From Eimeria praecox (Eukaryota), in NCBI GenBank assembly GCA_963920595.1, contig OY986948.1, forward strand, positions 1,488,001 through 1,552,000: DNA of 64,000 nucleotides, given 5' to 3'. Positions within the stretch are counted from its first letter, which is position 1. Each line of letters starts with the position of its first letter. Under the pieces are notes generated by a model. The model was not told where the DNA came from. It worked only from the letters and a program-made list of their open reading frames with translations, and did not search any database. This document shows, piece by piece, positions 36,678 to 51,800 of the stretch. The translations under genes and the position numbers were made by a program.

Positions 36678-39600
36678 TCACTGAACATCCATCTTGAAAA
36701 ACTCCCTTCCCAGATAATTTTGGTAAGATTTGCAAGTATTGTCAGCATTACCTGGGAAATGCGCTGCGGCAACTGCCATGTTCTCATCTTCTTCAACACC
36801 GTCCGTTCGAGACTCATCCTCTTTCCGCGGTAACTTTTCAGCCAGCCGCTGACGAAGCGCCGTTAGGTTCAGCCCTGCGGCTCGTAGCAAGCTTCTTCTC
36901 CGTTCCATATTTTTACTTCCAAGTGGAGTCCATGCTCGGGTGCCGTCCTGACACTGTAGCACAAACGAACAGCAGTGGACATCTATGTCATTTGGCTGTA
37001 CTTGGAGGTAGAGTGCATTTTACAGCAATGCCCAAGCCAACAATTGGAATTGCCTGCACGTTCTATGCCACTGACAGTTGTTAGTTGACCAAGCCGCTTT
37101 AGGTCCAGAGACCAAGCCTTAACAACCCTGTCGGCGCCAACACTTAAGATCCACTGGAGATGACCGTCTTGTTTACTAGGTACCCCGCGCTCGGTAGGCA
37201 GGGCACCCAAGGATGTTCCAGCCTCACAGAGGTCCAGGGCCAAAACGGCATCCTCGTGTCCACAACATTCGTGCAGGAGAGTAACCTCTGCACAACAGTT
37301 CACCAAGGGGCAGATGGCTTTCGTCCTGCATCATTAGTGGCGTTATTTATCCTACTCAGGACCACCCAAAAATGTCAACTGCCTTCCATTTGCAGGCATC
37401 AAACAGAAACAACTACAGAAGCCGTCCAAGTCTTTCCCCCCGGTAAGGCAACAAAAATCAGCATGCTCCTGAAATGAGAAGTCCTGACCTAGGAAACGCT
37501 TTTTCGGCCGTGTGACTGAAGGCATATGCGCGGCAGACAGTTGCAGTTGAGTATGTTCATGGGTTTTGTTGGATTGTCTACTAGTACTTATGAAAGCCAC
37601 CAGCGAAAGCAGACAGGCTCGCCGTGCGCGCTGAGTTAGGAAAACCGGACGCCCATTCAGAGGGATGTGCTTGTCGTACCTTTTGTTCCATCTCGCCTTT
37701 TGCGAGTTGTGGATATTTCGTGTTGTTCATCGTCTGTCTGGTATGTCCACTCGGAAGTAGGTTGCGTAAGGAAGGTTCGCCCCCGAGTTGCCATCACCCC
37801 CCGCCGGAACCTGGTGGCCAACGAACGTTGCTGGCTGCACGTTTGGTGCTAAGCAGTAATGCTAGGGCTGTGGACTTTGTGCACACAAGATTCTTATTTC
37901 AATCGAAGGTAGTAAGAGCGCTAACTCTGTGTAGGGGCACTTCACTCTAAGTGGCGCTGCTGTGTTCCAAGGGAGCAGCTCGTACTTGCCGGATAGAGTA
38001 GCTCTGGCCTGACGAGGACTGACCTCCTCATCGCTTTCCGCCGGCAGTCTGAGGGCTTCTTGAATTTTTGGAGACGAATGAGACTGAGATGATGCCAGTC
38101 GTGACCGTTCCTGAACCTTACAAAGGTCCCATAATCGGATGCTTCCCTGTGACAGCGTCAAGCCGCAATATTATCACACAGTGTATGCGCCGGCGTGATA
38201 ACTGAGCATAGCATTAGCAAATATCCCAGTATACAGGTAGAGTGGGTGCCAGCGAGTCAAGAGGAAGCTGCTGCACGACTGCCTGCTTTTACGGAGAGGT
38301 TTCAGGCCGACAATGAATGCGATCTCCTCACGCGTTCGTCAGCGCAGTACACCTGCAAACTGCTGGTAGAAAACTTGTTCACCTTCACAGCTCGGGTACT
38401 CGCTGGCACGATGAGTTCCTGAGTATTACTTGGCGAAGCGAATAGCCTGCGCTTGTATGTAAACTTCATTGTTTGACTGCCGTTTGCATGCTGCTGACCC
38501 TCTTGAACCTGATTCAATAGCTCTTCTGCTGTCACCCCTTCGCACATCAAATTCTCCAACTGCGATATGTCTTCCCAGCAGTAAAAAAAGCACCATGCCT
38601 GCCGCTGATTGGTGTTGCTAAGGCGCCACACTGAAATTACACCCGCTGAGGATGAAACAAGAAAAGCCACCTCAACGGGGCCAGCGGTGTCCAAGTTGCA
38701 TATGCTTCAGGAAGGTGCATATATGCGTACGTGAGTATAAGCAGGTATTTGAACGCATGTACCCAGACGGATTGATACACAGAGATGTATGCCCGCACAT
38801 GTTATGGCGCAAATCCGTCTAGGCAGCTCTCGGCACAACATTGACTAAATGGCTTGAACAAAGTGGTAGAGGATCTGCCTGCATAGCATCATGCAAGCTA
38901 TTCGAACTATTTCGAAGTTTTCAAGCCACTGACATTCCTCGCCAGCCACTAGATATTCTCCCGAAGGGGATATATCGATAGCTTGCACTGCCGATCTGCG
39001 AAGAGCAATGATAACAGGCAAATTGACTGACACTTGAAGTTCCACAACAGGTTCGTTGAGCAAGGTACCAGTGGCCCGATGCACAAAACGCTTTTAAACA
39101 GTTTACAAAGGCGTATGCAAGGCTTTAAATATAAACAAGGCTTATTTTTGATTCAGCGTTGGAGCATCGTAAGATTAGGGAGTTGGAGGCCGAATTTTCC
39201 GGGTGTTAGTGTGTGGGGGGCATTGTGGCTGTCCTACGAGAAGCCTTCCAGTGAACTCTCTTTCCGCAACCGGCGGAGGCAGAATATATGTACTGCTTTG
39301 CTGCTTCCACAGGCAAGCAGACTGGAGGCTTCGCAGATTGCCATGCAGGCGACTCCTTCCTTGCCAATTGTAGCCTGGAATATTACTTGAGTTTTTTGTG
39401 GTCTGCAGCATTTTGTTAGTGGCAAAGCGCAGGAGGAAGAATACCAAGGGTTTCAAATTGCAGACCTGGGGAAGGTGTACTGAATATTCAACAATGGTCT
39501 GAAGGAAGGAACAGTCGCTGAGTTCATGCACGCTGGTTACAAAAGGCACGTTCTGCTAGCTTTGTGACTTGCGGTGTGCCAACTTCTTCGTGAACAAGCA

Positions 39601-42600
39601 CTAGCCCATCTGAAGACGCAGAGACAAAGCACTTTGTTCCTGGCCAAGGGCATATTTGCGTCACTTCAGTCGTGTGTGGCTGGGCTCTCGAAAGCTCTGC
39701 TCCCGTTGAGGCATTGAAACAGGAGATTCCCCCTGAGCTGTCTCCTAAGTACAGCTTCCGTTTCCTTGAATCTAGGCTGGCTGCCGTCACTTCAGGACCT
39801 TCGACGTCGTGAAGAACCTGTGACACACAGCGTTTGTGAAGATGCCCTCTGGCAGAACTTATTTATCTCAATTGACACAGCACAGGCTACCTCAGCTTCC
39901 AGGGGTATGAATTTCTGGGATAGGCGCCTCCAACAGCTTACCCGCAAGACCTGCCCTTGTGCAGCATCCCACGAAAGAACTGCAGTCTTGCTGACTGTCA
40001 GAATGCTGTTGTACTGCGAGTTATGTATTGCAGCTGTTAGTTCTCCAGGCATGGTACAGGACTTTTCAGCGAAAGACATCTGCTGCGAAGTATAGACGTC
40101 AAGCGTGGATCCGCCCGTCAGAATCCTGACATCATAGTATCGGTCGACAGTGGCGTGCTGTTCAGAAACAGCTTCGAGCTTGTCATTTTCTTATGCATTC
40201 TGTCTTGGTAGTCCCCCAAGCTTACTGTTTGTACGGAGGAAGCGCGCAAATCGAGCTAAGGTCTCCATAACATGTCGCCCCTAAAACACGAGAATGCAGC
40301 AAAGCCATCCGCCAGTCTGTGGCCTTCCACAATAGAGATAAGCAGTCCACATTTGTGGACCGCAAAGAAAGATGCAAGGCATGTTGGCCGCTAATGCTCT
40401 CCATCCACCAATCTGAAGATGAAAGTAACTAATGGACGCTTGACAATACCGACTTCCTCCGAAGGTTTGAAATGATCTAAAATTACGTAGATCCCACAGG
40501 CGGAGGGTCCCTGACACATCTGCTGTGACAACTTGTGGGGTCCCAGGAACAACAATTACTCCACACAGAGAATATGGATGGCCCCTTAAGTGGCATATGG
40601 GCTTTTTCAAGTTGCAAGGACTCCACACTAATGCATCCTGAACATAAGCGTAACAATGCAGCACAAGCAAGAGAAAAGGCTACGTGCATGACTCTTTCTA
40701 CGATTTCGGAGGGTGCGGAGATGCATGCTGGAATAAGGATACAAGGGCATAACGTGTTCGTCGTAGACACACACCTGGTCCAGACCAGCGCTAATCAAGC
40801 AGTTGTATTCCTTTGAGTGGGCTATGCTTGTAACACTTCGACTATGGCCTTTGAGTACATGCTTGCACTCTAGCATCTCGATATCCCATATTTTCAATGT
40901 CGCGTCAGCTGATGCAGATATAAATACTCCTTCATCTGCGCTTGACAGTACAAGCACCGCGGAATGGTCCCAAGCACCAGCGGTCTCCAAATACCTAAGT
41001 ATTTGTGCCTGCTTTCCTTCTCTTCCGTATCTCGACTTGCTGTCCTTCGTGAGCTGCCCTCTGTGAGGACTGTTTACCTGGACTATGAAGAAGCTGTGTT
41101 ATAAAGTCATTATGTGCCTTCTTGCTGCCTATTTCGGAGAAGGTCACCAAATCCCAAAGTTGAATTGTCCCTTCCACACATCCGCTGACAGCACACCACA
41201 TTCAAATTGCACACAAGATAGTTTTGGGCCCCCCACACTTATGGGATCATCCGGCCTCCGCTATTTCATCTAGATCACATACACGTGATGCGCCACGTGG
41301 GAAGTGCCTTTGATAGGCTTTATACTAGAAGCGCAGACACCGTGGCGGAGCTTCCAACTCTCTCTGTGTTAGTAGAACGCTGGCTCACCTGAGCAGTTTG
41401 TTAGCACCAGACATCCATTCAAGGCAGCTAGGCGGCTGATGTTTGTAGGAGAGCTTTTCAGTGAGCATAAGCCCATTTGTAGTCATCATGTGGATGCTAC
41501 CGTCGTATCCTGCACACCTCACGTCGTACATTGATCACTACTTATGCTGCAATGGATAAATAGAATACGTGCAACATCTGTGCTAGAAAGTTCCCATTTG
41601 AATGCATCATCGCATCTTCCGCATCTTGGTCCTACCAGCCAGGGCAATCTTTCCGTATGTGTCTACATAGCATATGTCCACTATGGAACCTGTTCAAGCT
41701 CGCATAAACACATTCTGCGTCAGCTTTTGAAGGAGCTGTTAGTATGCACACCAGTGGTGTGAGCTGCTAGTTCGGCTTTTTTCTAGGCTGAGAGGGGATG
41801 CTTGTCCGGCGAGTCACCTGATACAGAGTTTACTTGGCACACGACTTCTTTCTGCAGGGAACAGAAGAACGCAATCGAGTGGAATAGTTCGTGAGCAAAC
41901 GCATCAGGCGGTAGGGATATAGACAATTTTTCCCCACAAGTGAAACAATATTCGACTATGGGGCTAATTAAGCCTTCTGCTTTCGCTCACTGAAGTCGGG
42001 TTTAGGATGTGTAGGAATTTGGATGACTGGTAGATGCAATATAGTTTGTCCACAGGCTCCACGAACATTAGCCTGTGATGGAATTGCAACGTCACTAGCA
42101 ACACAGCCAGTAAGGAGATTCCCGTATAGCGATCTTCCTGCTTTGCTAGGACTGAAACAGCTTTCCCCGCCAGTTGAAAATTCGTAGTTCTACTTGTCTT
42201 TAACAGCTATACAGCATATGGTGAGCAATTTGTGCATTGCTTGGAAGCCGGCTTGCCTTTTAATATGGTCTTGTGTATTGTTTACTATCCTTGGAGCTGT
42301 GCACGTGTACTGAGATTTTGGAAAGGGAACAAAATGCGAAACGCACGGATATGGGGCAACGAAGGGCGTGCACACTGGCTGCTAGCCCGATGCCCATATT
42401 GAAAACCTTTAGAGGATAGACACTATGGAGGAAATCATTGTAATTTCAAATATGATGCGGCTATGTGAGACATGCTGAAGGGATACCGGTGGAAATAACA
42501 AGTCATTCTGGCTACCGTGGTGAAAAACACATAGCTAATGTCTCCAGCGTCTTGGTGTCACGCATTTGCCAGTCGTAATGCCGTACAGGATGAAGCGCCT

Positions 42601-43983
42601 CGCTGCCGCCCAAGCTACGCACACATTTCACACTCATGAAGCACGGCATTGTTTCTCAGAAAGACTAGCAAGACTCCTCGTTAATAAGTAAATTACCACT
42701 TATCGGCTCAGTGGGAGGTGCTCATGTGGAAAGGCTGTCTTTGACACCCCAGGAGAGTGTGCCAGTGGTTCACAACCTGCCTGAGGCGAGGGTGCGCTCC
42801 AAGTAGCTTGTAATTGACTGCACTCAAAACCCCACACAGGGCCCCTGCAATGGTGTGTAAGGCGAAGGGTTCTTTTGCTCTGTGTTCTATATATTCGTTT
42901 AAGGCACCCAGGCGTGTGTTCGTCAGCCTAAGTATGAATTATAGACTACTAGCGGATTCCTCGTAAGCCCATTAATGAGCATTAAAAGGGGCAGATCTTG
43001 CCTGACCTCCCATCTAATAAAGCCCTCGTCGTTCACGTCGACTGCCTCAAAAGCTTCTGCCATAAGAGCAGCCCGGGTTAATATTTCTGCGAAGATATGA
43101 GCACGCATTAAGCTCGCAGTCGTATGCAAGGCCCAAATTGAAGCCTGATCGTGGCGCTTCAGCAAGGCGTGTGGACCGGCATACCTTGATCGGCCAAATG
43201 GCTCGCAGAATGGCTAGCAACTGAGTCGGGCTTTTCATCTGCGACTGTTGACCCAAAAGAGGTGTCGGAGGCACTTGCCGCACCTTTCTGGACCAGCGCT
43301 GACCCCGCCTCAAGCGATTTTTGCACAGGCTGAAAAATACCACATTCAAATGTGAGTCAGCGTATTCTAGTGTTGGCAGTTGTTGGGGTCACCCTAAGCG
43401 TAGTTGTTTTCATATCATTTTAGCCATGCCTGGAGGTGCCTTGACCAGACAACGAACAGAAGCATAAGGGCCCATAATGCTGAAGGATGCTGTGCTCATC
43501 AAGCTCACAAGTGAATTTCCCAGCCCGTCTGATGCACTCCAAGGTGCTAATTGAAACATCAGTTCCGCAAACTAATGAACAATACAGTTCGCACGCAGAT
43601 GCAAGTGGAGGCAGGCAACAATCCGGCTGGGCAGTAAATATACTCAAATATTTCGAAATTTGTCCTGACTGGGCCAGCGGGAAGCTGTGTTCGCTTTAGC
43701 GCATCCCAGAGGTGAGAACACTTTATGCCGCACGTGTCCGTTGGTGCGTTACGAAGAAATGGGAAGCTATTCGATTGCATATCACCTCTTGTAGGTCTAA
43801 ACGCCCCCCGTGCCGGGCAAATTCTGCCTTCATTAAGTTGAGTTGTTCGGCATTTGTGCCATCAAGCAAACGGCTAACAGAGCAAGAGCAAGTTTTGGAG
43901 TTTTGGTTTTGCCGCTGATCAATCTTTTCCTGGGCCTCCATAGCAGTCGGCGCATCGCCTGCTTGAGCCTGCACGTGGCGCAT
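36678..43983 (-). CDS. EF-hand + WD40-repeat protein, WDR49/WDR64/EFCAB8(CFAP337)-like, multi-exon
   Basis: Exon 1 (43983-43786) encodes LNLMKAEFARHGGRLDLQE. An EF-hand loop AFEAVDVNDEGFIRWE lies at ~43007-43060. WD repeats follow: FISASADATLKIWDI, LKGHSRSVTSIAHSKEYNCLISAGLD, LRGHPYSLCGVIVVPGTPQVVTADVSGTLRLWDLR, PHTTEVTQICPWPGTKCFVSASSDGLVLV, GHEDAVLAL and ILSVGADRVVKAWSL. The 3' end is uncertain: there is an in-frame stop at 36678, but coding-like pieces continue to ~35200. Confidence 0.8.
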
Positions 43984-45890
43984 GGAATTTAAGACTCATC
44001 CTTAAGTTTATCTGCTCTGAGTAACCCCAAACGCCCGCTTGGGGAGCATTTATTCCGCTAATCCCAACGTGTGGGACAGCCGGGCATCAAGAAACTGGAG
44101 CAGCTTCCTTAGGAACATTTTCAATACTAAAGTCCGGAAATGATCAAAAGAGAAATGTAGCAAGAGCTTAGGTCTTGACATATTCGGGTTTAAACGCAGG
44201 TAATTCTGCATAGCTAGTGACTGACAGAGCCTTCCATTGTAGGCAAGGAAATGATACAGAAATTGCAGAGTTGATAGTAGTAGTTGGCGTTGCGCCCTAA
44301 GCGTCCACAGAGTAGCCCACTGGGGGGGAAATAACGGTTTAAAAAGAGATAGTGCGATAGGCGTTGCGACGGAACTGCATTAGGACAAAATACCTTAGAA
44401 GGTATTTTTGTGAGTACGAGGGAGTACTACGAATCTGCTGCAAGCAGCTAAAAGAGCGATCTCTCTCGGTTAGTATATTTACTGAGAAGCTTTTACACAT
44501 GATAACACCATTTAAACAAGAACGCAGAATCCTGAATTCCTCCGTTTTTTTTCGTCTATCTATCGTCTAATTATGCCTGCAATGGTGCACCCTAAAGGTA
44601 CTGCACCAGACCCGTCACCTGCATGCAAACCTTGATGGGGCTTCTGTAAAATATAGAATGGTAAACAGCCGATCCAGTGAGATACGGCACTACAATTTGG
44701 AATGAGAAATAAGCAAAGAAGACAGCTGGGTGACTGACTTCCCTGCAAGGCCCACCACAGTGGCGAGACAGTGTAACGAAACGGGCCAGTAGAGGGACGG
44801 TTCACACAGTGAGGCCCTTATAAGACCTCTGTTACAAGCATTAGAATCTAATTACAGGGACTTTTGCAGGGCTATAACTGATACATTTGTTCGGCCTAAT
44901 CAATTTTCGCCTTGGTCATGTCTTCAGGATTTTGCATCCGCTAGGCCTCGATCGAAGGCAGGGGCACACCCCTGTATCTAGATAAACGTTAGGGGAATTC
45001 TGGATATTGGCACACATACTAAAGCCTTTCCCCTAGACATGTCCATAAAAGAACTGCCCCGACTGCTGTAAAACCATGAACAGCCGAACTAGAGGAAGGA
45101 ACGGCCTCTTCTTGGGTTATTAAGCATCTTAGGTTTTAAAAGGAGAGTCATGGTTAGGGGTACTGATCCATCATTGCAACTCAAGGTAAAGTTCATTAAA
45201 ATATTTGGCGGAGTTCGGATCACGTTGTCAATACCCAGCCGCTCGTGGACAGCGTGGACAGACTACTGCATCTACTGAGGTGATCACTGCAAAGGGAAGC
45301 TATACGTAGCCAACTTGTCCGTTTACCATCTCGCTCAGCAGCGTCCCACCATTGCGGCAAGCTGTACATAGCATTCTGAAATGGCTGGGCGATTATCACT
45401 TGCGTCTGTTACTACAGTATCGTTCGTAGGATAGCCGGCTGTGGAGCGGGTTCCGCAGGTTGGGATCTTGTAGGCTTACCAGGTGAAAGTACCCACATCA
45501 CAACATCGACAGCAGGGCCCCATATAACCCCCACAGAGAACATTCGTATTGAAGACGGAACGAAATCCAGATTAGGGCCAAATACTAGGTTTCATAAACT
45601 GTCAACAAAAATATACTTAAACCTTTTTGTGCACCGTGAAAGTGGATCTGTAGCAGTACCCCAAAACATATTCTACCAAAAAGTGCACTAGCTCGATACG
45701 TTCAATAGGAGAGAAAGGCAAAAGATCAAGCCACCCACTTCAGTAGGTACAGCAGGTTTCTGATCGTTCATGCGTTCGATATGCTGAGCTGTATAGTGCA
45801 CCTCTTAATAGGAGTCTCGCAAAACGGACGGGCCAGCCAACCCGCTCGCTGTGGAAGAAAACATGTGCTTATGGCACCAACTCTTTCGCC

Positions 45891-48800
45891 TTGTATTTAG
45901 CTGCTATGTCACCTATGCGCATTTCACCGGTGCAGCCTCCTGCAGATGCGCAAGCCATAATTTTAAGTGTGCCTCAACTTGTGATGGACAAAAAATTGCT
46001 ACTGCAACAACTGGTGCGTGAGGGCTACCACGGGGTCCTAGGTAAAGCGGCAGCAACAAGCATTGTCGCGAAAGATATAGCAACTTGGAATATTGTCGTA
46101 CAGTCAACGGTCGGGAGCAGCATCTTCTGAAAATGGTTCTCATTTCAAATGGCCAATTAATTCATAAGTATAGCAATAAGAATTTACTTCAGTCCGCACT
46201 GCGAATGAAAAGCAGAGTGTGCAGTGTGGCAAACCAGCGCTGAGAGTGATCACTGCCATGAAGGCTTTGTAGTTGGGTCAAAATGCATGCAGCTGAGCAG
46301 GGCTTTCACGGCATTCGCCGGCAACTTCCTTTTCTGTCACCGCGAGCCGTGAGTGACCACCGAATAGAGGCACTGACACACAAAAAATAATAATACGGCT
46401 CTTTCATCACTTGCAGGTTGTGATTGTCAGACGAAGGCTTTTACTAGCGAGCGTCGTAGATTCTGAGGAAGGATTTCAAAAGGGGCCTTTCGACTTCAAC
46501 GACTAAATGATGCTACAGACAGACTGTTTTCTTGTTCCTTATAGCATTTCTGGCTTACCGGCACACAACCTCACAATTTTACCCACGTCCCACTTTTAAT
46601 GCAGCCTTTAGCACATGAGAATCGCCAAGCACTGATCTGGCTCTCAATAGCCAACACACGCATGCACTGGAGCGTCTGCCAGCCTCTGAAAGGCCTTGCT
46701 GCTGCAGCTGCTTCGTCGCTCCCCTTATAACATACGCCCTCGTGAATCCCACCGCCTAGAAAAAGGGTGCACATAAGGTGGAAGAAAAGCAAGAGGAGTC
46801 AAGTATGCCAAACATCCTAACCAAATAAAAGGCGAAGACATCTAGAGAGCATTCTTGCAAATGATATAAACATTTACCAGGTTTGCTGCCATCCCCACAT
46901 GGCTGCCGCAGCCCGACCATGCGGGGCGGCCACTGATTGGCTAACGTTGCCTTTGCGGTGTACCTGTGTTGGAAGTTGCACTGTACCGGGAGCCTCCGAG
47001 CTGCGGAGGCTCCCAGTACAGTGCAGCTTCGATACCACTGATGCAAAAGTAAAGGGTAGCCTGATATCAACGTGAAACACCAACGCGCAGGTGCGTGCGT
47101 GTGAAGAGGCCAGCCACAAATGATAGACCAACCCCAAAATATTCGACAAATCAAAGTGGTGCCAGCTTCAAGGTCGAGTCGTAGGTAGAGGAAGGGAAGC
47201 ATAGCACCTTCGCATGGATAGGCAGCGCAGACTGCCCTCAGTCTTAAGGCGGCTGCTATGAGTCACACAACTCCCAGATACACTTCCTATCGCAAGGCAA
47301 CGCCCCATAATAGCGCTTCCAAGGCTGTCGTGTGCACAGCATAACGTCACTGACATGTGCTTAACACTTGTGTGGGTTATATTTTCCGAAATGTCTACGA
47401 ACATGCATGCATACGTATCTTTCTGAGCCATTCTACCATGCCTGGCCACGCATGCATATCTTAGTATGTCTTTGAGATGCGCGCCAGGTAACATATATCT
47501 ATCCTTAGTGCTGCAATCCGGCTTGTGGTAATGGCCGAACTAGGATGGCGCCAGATGTCAGCAAAGAGAGCGCTATTCATCTGACAGACAAAATACTAGC
47601 AGCACGGGATTCTGACTGACGCAGCACGTCAATAGTGCGCCAATGGACTGGGTTTCAACTACTCATTATTACTTTATTACTTGTGATAAAGTAATAATGA
47701 GTAGCTGCAACCCAGTCTGTTCGATTCTTTAGTGAGCACCTTCTTATCTTTTAGCTGCGACGCTAGACTTGGTACGGCCATAGTTGATTATCACACCTAT
47801 TTTGAATTGACCTAGGCCAGAAGAAGGAGTTGAGCAGGTACTCAGCTTATTTCTTGGGAGACTCCTTTCGCAAAGGGCAATGGGCCTGACAAGAGGCTTA
47901 CAAACTACAGGCAGATGCACACAACTTTCGCTTAGATGGCGCAACAAAGGGGACAGAAGGTGGATGAAGCCTGTCGGAGAACAAGCTGGAGAATCGGTTT
48001 TGTAAGACCATGAGGTAGAATGTGAGATACCTGCATGATGCCCTCAGTGAAGGCTGTGGAAATTGAGGGGATTCTCCAGAAGTAAGCAGCGCCTTGTACC
48101 TGGTTGACGAACAGCGCTGAGCAGGTCCACTTTGTCTAAGGGATACGGTCAGAGTGGAACAGCAAGCGAACTCATCGACCGTTGCGCAGTTGTTAGCTAC
48201 TTGGGAGTCGTCTAGGTGTTGAAGAACTATCTCCGCCGTTAGGGCAAGTACCTACGAGATAGCTGTATGGTCGTTCAATCGTCTGTCTTGTGGCAGAACT
48301 TGGAGCAGGAAGTGATGCAACCTATAGCCGTGATCTCCCCTCCCACCAGCTTCAGGTGTTAATGTCGCTGTGCGCAGTAGTCGTAAAGCGAGCAAGGTAG
48401 ATCTCCTTTGGGAACTCCTGTCCCACTTTTTTTCACTGTGTTGCAGGTCGCAACTGTCTTAAAGTAAGGCGACGAACTCTCGCTGGGCTTACGAGCATCA
48501 CATGTATACTCAACACGCGCTACAGGGGTACTTGCACTGGATAACTGGGTGTCTATCCACCACAGAAAACGGGAATAAATAGAAATAAATATATCTGCAT
48601 TATGCAAGAAATAAAGCAACCAGACTAAGATCCTGCTGCAGACTAGGGGGCGGTTGCGCGAGTGGCGCAGGAGCCACTTTCGCTGAGCCCCAGGGGGTCA
48701 GTGTGGGGCTGTGAGGAAGGACACGTGACACCCCTTCAGAAACGATGGGTCTCGCGATGCCAATGCAGAAATTTCCTGGGCTGCTTTGTTCAACTTCCAG

Positions 48801-51800
48801 CGATCCGAGAGACTTGCTGATCTTATCTGAGGGTAGTCCCCAGCTGTAATGCAGTCAACTGCTTAAAGAATGTGTTCGCAAGATGGCACCTGACCTCCTT
48901 TTAGCCTCTATGCGCCCAACGGCCTGGAATCTGTGAGGATCCGTTCCTGTCGCGAGCTTCAACATACTCTGGCGCAACGAATGCAACGTAGCCCCACATG
49001 CCTGCACAAACAATCTTTTTGCCACATGAGCTATCCTTCCAGACTGTGGTGCAGGCAATCGCTAAACGCTTACTTGGTTCTCTAGAGTCAGCCTGCGAGT
49101 GTACCATTACCAACATCACGAAGAGCTTGCTACACCTTGCGATTATTTCTAAAGTTTTAACACAGCAAATAGGCATGGCAGGAGGAGATAGAAAAATCCA
49201 AGCATTCTGACGTGACTGTCCAACAGAAACATTATTTCCGGTGCATTGGTGCTGAAATCACCTCAAACCCAGCGGAAGTAGATTCAGTTGAAGATGCTAG
49301 CAATGAAGGTGTGCACGGTGAACAAGCTTCATCTGGTGGCCTGCCCACTGAATCGCCACGGGCAAACTTCTGGCGGCCGTACAAGCTCAATTCCGAAGTA
49401 CCGGGTCCCCTATATAACGCAGAGAGACAGGATACGCACACAAATGAGCAGCTAATTAAGGGAAAACTTCGACGATCGACTAGTACGCCAGTGCGTGCTC
49501 CGGTGATAGGAAAATGCAATGGCTGGTAGGCAGGGACTCGTAAAGTCAAAATAAGTTCGTGCTCTTTCATTGGGTGAATATAGCCCCTTAGTCACTCAAC
49601 CGAAACGTGATGACGACAGCGCGTGTTGTGGCTTGACTAGAAGCCCTGTATAATCGCACACAAGTTCAAAAGCTCCTCAGTCTCGCATAGGGCTGCTGCA
49701 AGTTCTTGTGGGAAATGGTTTCTATCACCGCTCCTGTAATGGACCAAGAAAAGAAGGGCAGTTAGCCAAGTTGTAGAGAGATCACAGCAACTGTGATCAA
49801 CACAGTCTGCCACTGTCTGTCAATATGATTATCGTCAGCTAATTGAGGCCCTGTCGAGTACCTACGACCTGTGGGATGAGCAAATACTTTTTGCTGACAG
49901 CAAAAACAGTGATACGCCTTTTTCGATTGTGGCCGGGAACAAGGCGAAGACTTAGTTACTACTCAGGTACCCCACACTTCAGTTGTACTTCCGTGAGACT
50001 GAAGTTTGGTGCTTCTTGATGGACTGCATAGAGGTGGTGGCAATACCGGTAAGGCACGCCTCTCATTTTCCAAATCGATCATGAATCCCTTACATAGCTG
50101 ACGAGTATTTTGCAGCGCGTTTGTAGCGAAGTAGAGGCTCGACAACTTTGGTGGCCCACGGAACACAAGTTCACTGCCGAGTATGTCGAAGGCATTATAA
50201 GTGCGTTCGCTAAAAGAGTCTCCCAAAGCCCCAGCAGCCAGGCACAATGTTGTACAATGCCGCTCGTGCGCAGTGGCACCCGCTTCCATTTCAAATTGCC
50301 TCCCTTGTACTACGCAGGCACTCATACGACTGCGATCTATGCACGATGGGCAAACAATTATAAGCCACAGCGTAGACTGCAATCTACTGTGGTACCAGAT
50401 GAAATGCGAACTGCACCTAGTGTACTGCCGAGGATCGCCGAGTATAAACACTCCGCACAAAATGCACGGTCATGCTTTAAATGGCGAAGGCGATGCCAAT
50501 CAAACATTGCAGCGGGCGAGTAGGCCTTATTGATAGTCTAGGGTGGGTCCTTCAGCAGACGAACGCCATCGTTTGTCAGGCATTGCATAGGTACAGCACA
50601 CACGGCTGAGCATGAGGGCAGGTCATGCAATAAAAAGCAGTTTTGTACCCATGTATGCTGCTGAGGCGGTCCATGCAGCCCACTGCCGTGGATGCTTCAG
50701 CACTAGCCTCAGCACTAGCCACATGTGGTCGCCCGCTGCAGCTGGTTTCAGCAACAGCACTTCGGTTACTCCTTATTCTCCCACTCATGCTTGCTGTATT
50801 ATCGAAAGAATTCTGGCTCTTGTTTGTTTCTGTCAATGCGTCCATCGTCTCGCTTTACTTAGGCTCCGAGGGAGCAGGGTCATTCTGCAGTTGCTAAACT
50901 GCAAAATGACCCTGCTCCCTCGGAGAAAAAGGGTTGCCCGAGAAGAGCCAGTAGGCGCATGCATTCAAGTTCGTGGATAGTTTGGTGGGCAATAGGATAT
51001 GATCAAGTGGTAGAAATTACGTTCTGTGTTAGTGTATTCTTCGAGGACCCTAAGCATGCTCGCACGCAGCTTTGCGTTGCAGCAACCCCTGCAGCAAGAA
51101 CCGCCGAAAGTCAGAGGATTCAGAGTCCCTCTCCTCCAGCCTCAGGACTCTGGGCCTTTTGTGTTCTGCGTAGGTGTGTTCATGAAAACGTGACATAGGA
51201 CAGGTAATCAGCTCCCTAGGTGCGTAGACTCTATTGAAGCTCATGACTGTCCTAGGATGAGGCCAATGATCATCCTTTGGCAAGGGGAGAACTTCTATAG
51301 AGAAGAAAAGCTGCTCAGTCTTTTCCATGAACGGTCGCGAACGTTTGCTGCCTCCCACAACACCATCCTTTTGACCCTTTAGCGAATCGAGCCCTTATGC
51401 AAACTATTTGCTGTTCCTTGAAGTGATCTACAGGCGCGCAATGCCGTCGGAAACTAATGAAGATAATTAGTCCAGTTAACCCATTAGTTGTCATTAGTTC
51501 TCCAATTGCCATTCTTATTGCCTTCCGAACTCTGAAGCGTTTAGCACTTTTTGCGTTCTATTGTGTTGTGCACTCAAAAATAGTATGATGTAGTTGCAGT
51601 TTGCATTGATTTGGAGCTGGTCAATTCCAAAATGGCTTGCACCTTCGGCGCACCTGATGTTAGATCACGGACCCCCTCCAAATCGCATAGAACTACGATG
51701 CCAGATCCCACAAGCATCTGAATGCCGCTAGAACAAGACAGGCTTTGATCCATTAACTTCGCATGCACTAGCATGCCAAGGCAATACCTGAGCGTTCTAT

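Noticed and set aside
48658..48710. Two adjacent short GC-rich hairpins as a possible ncRNA
   Set aside because: The stems are only 6-9 bp and there is no recognisable RNA family motif, so chance is likely.
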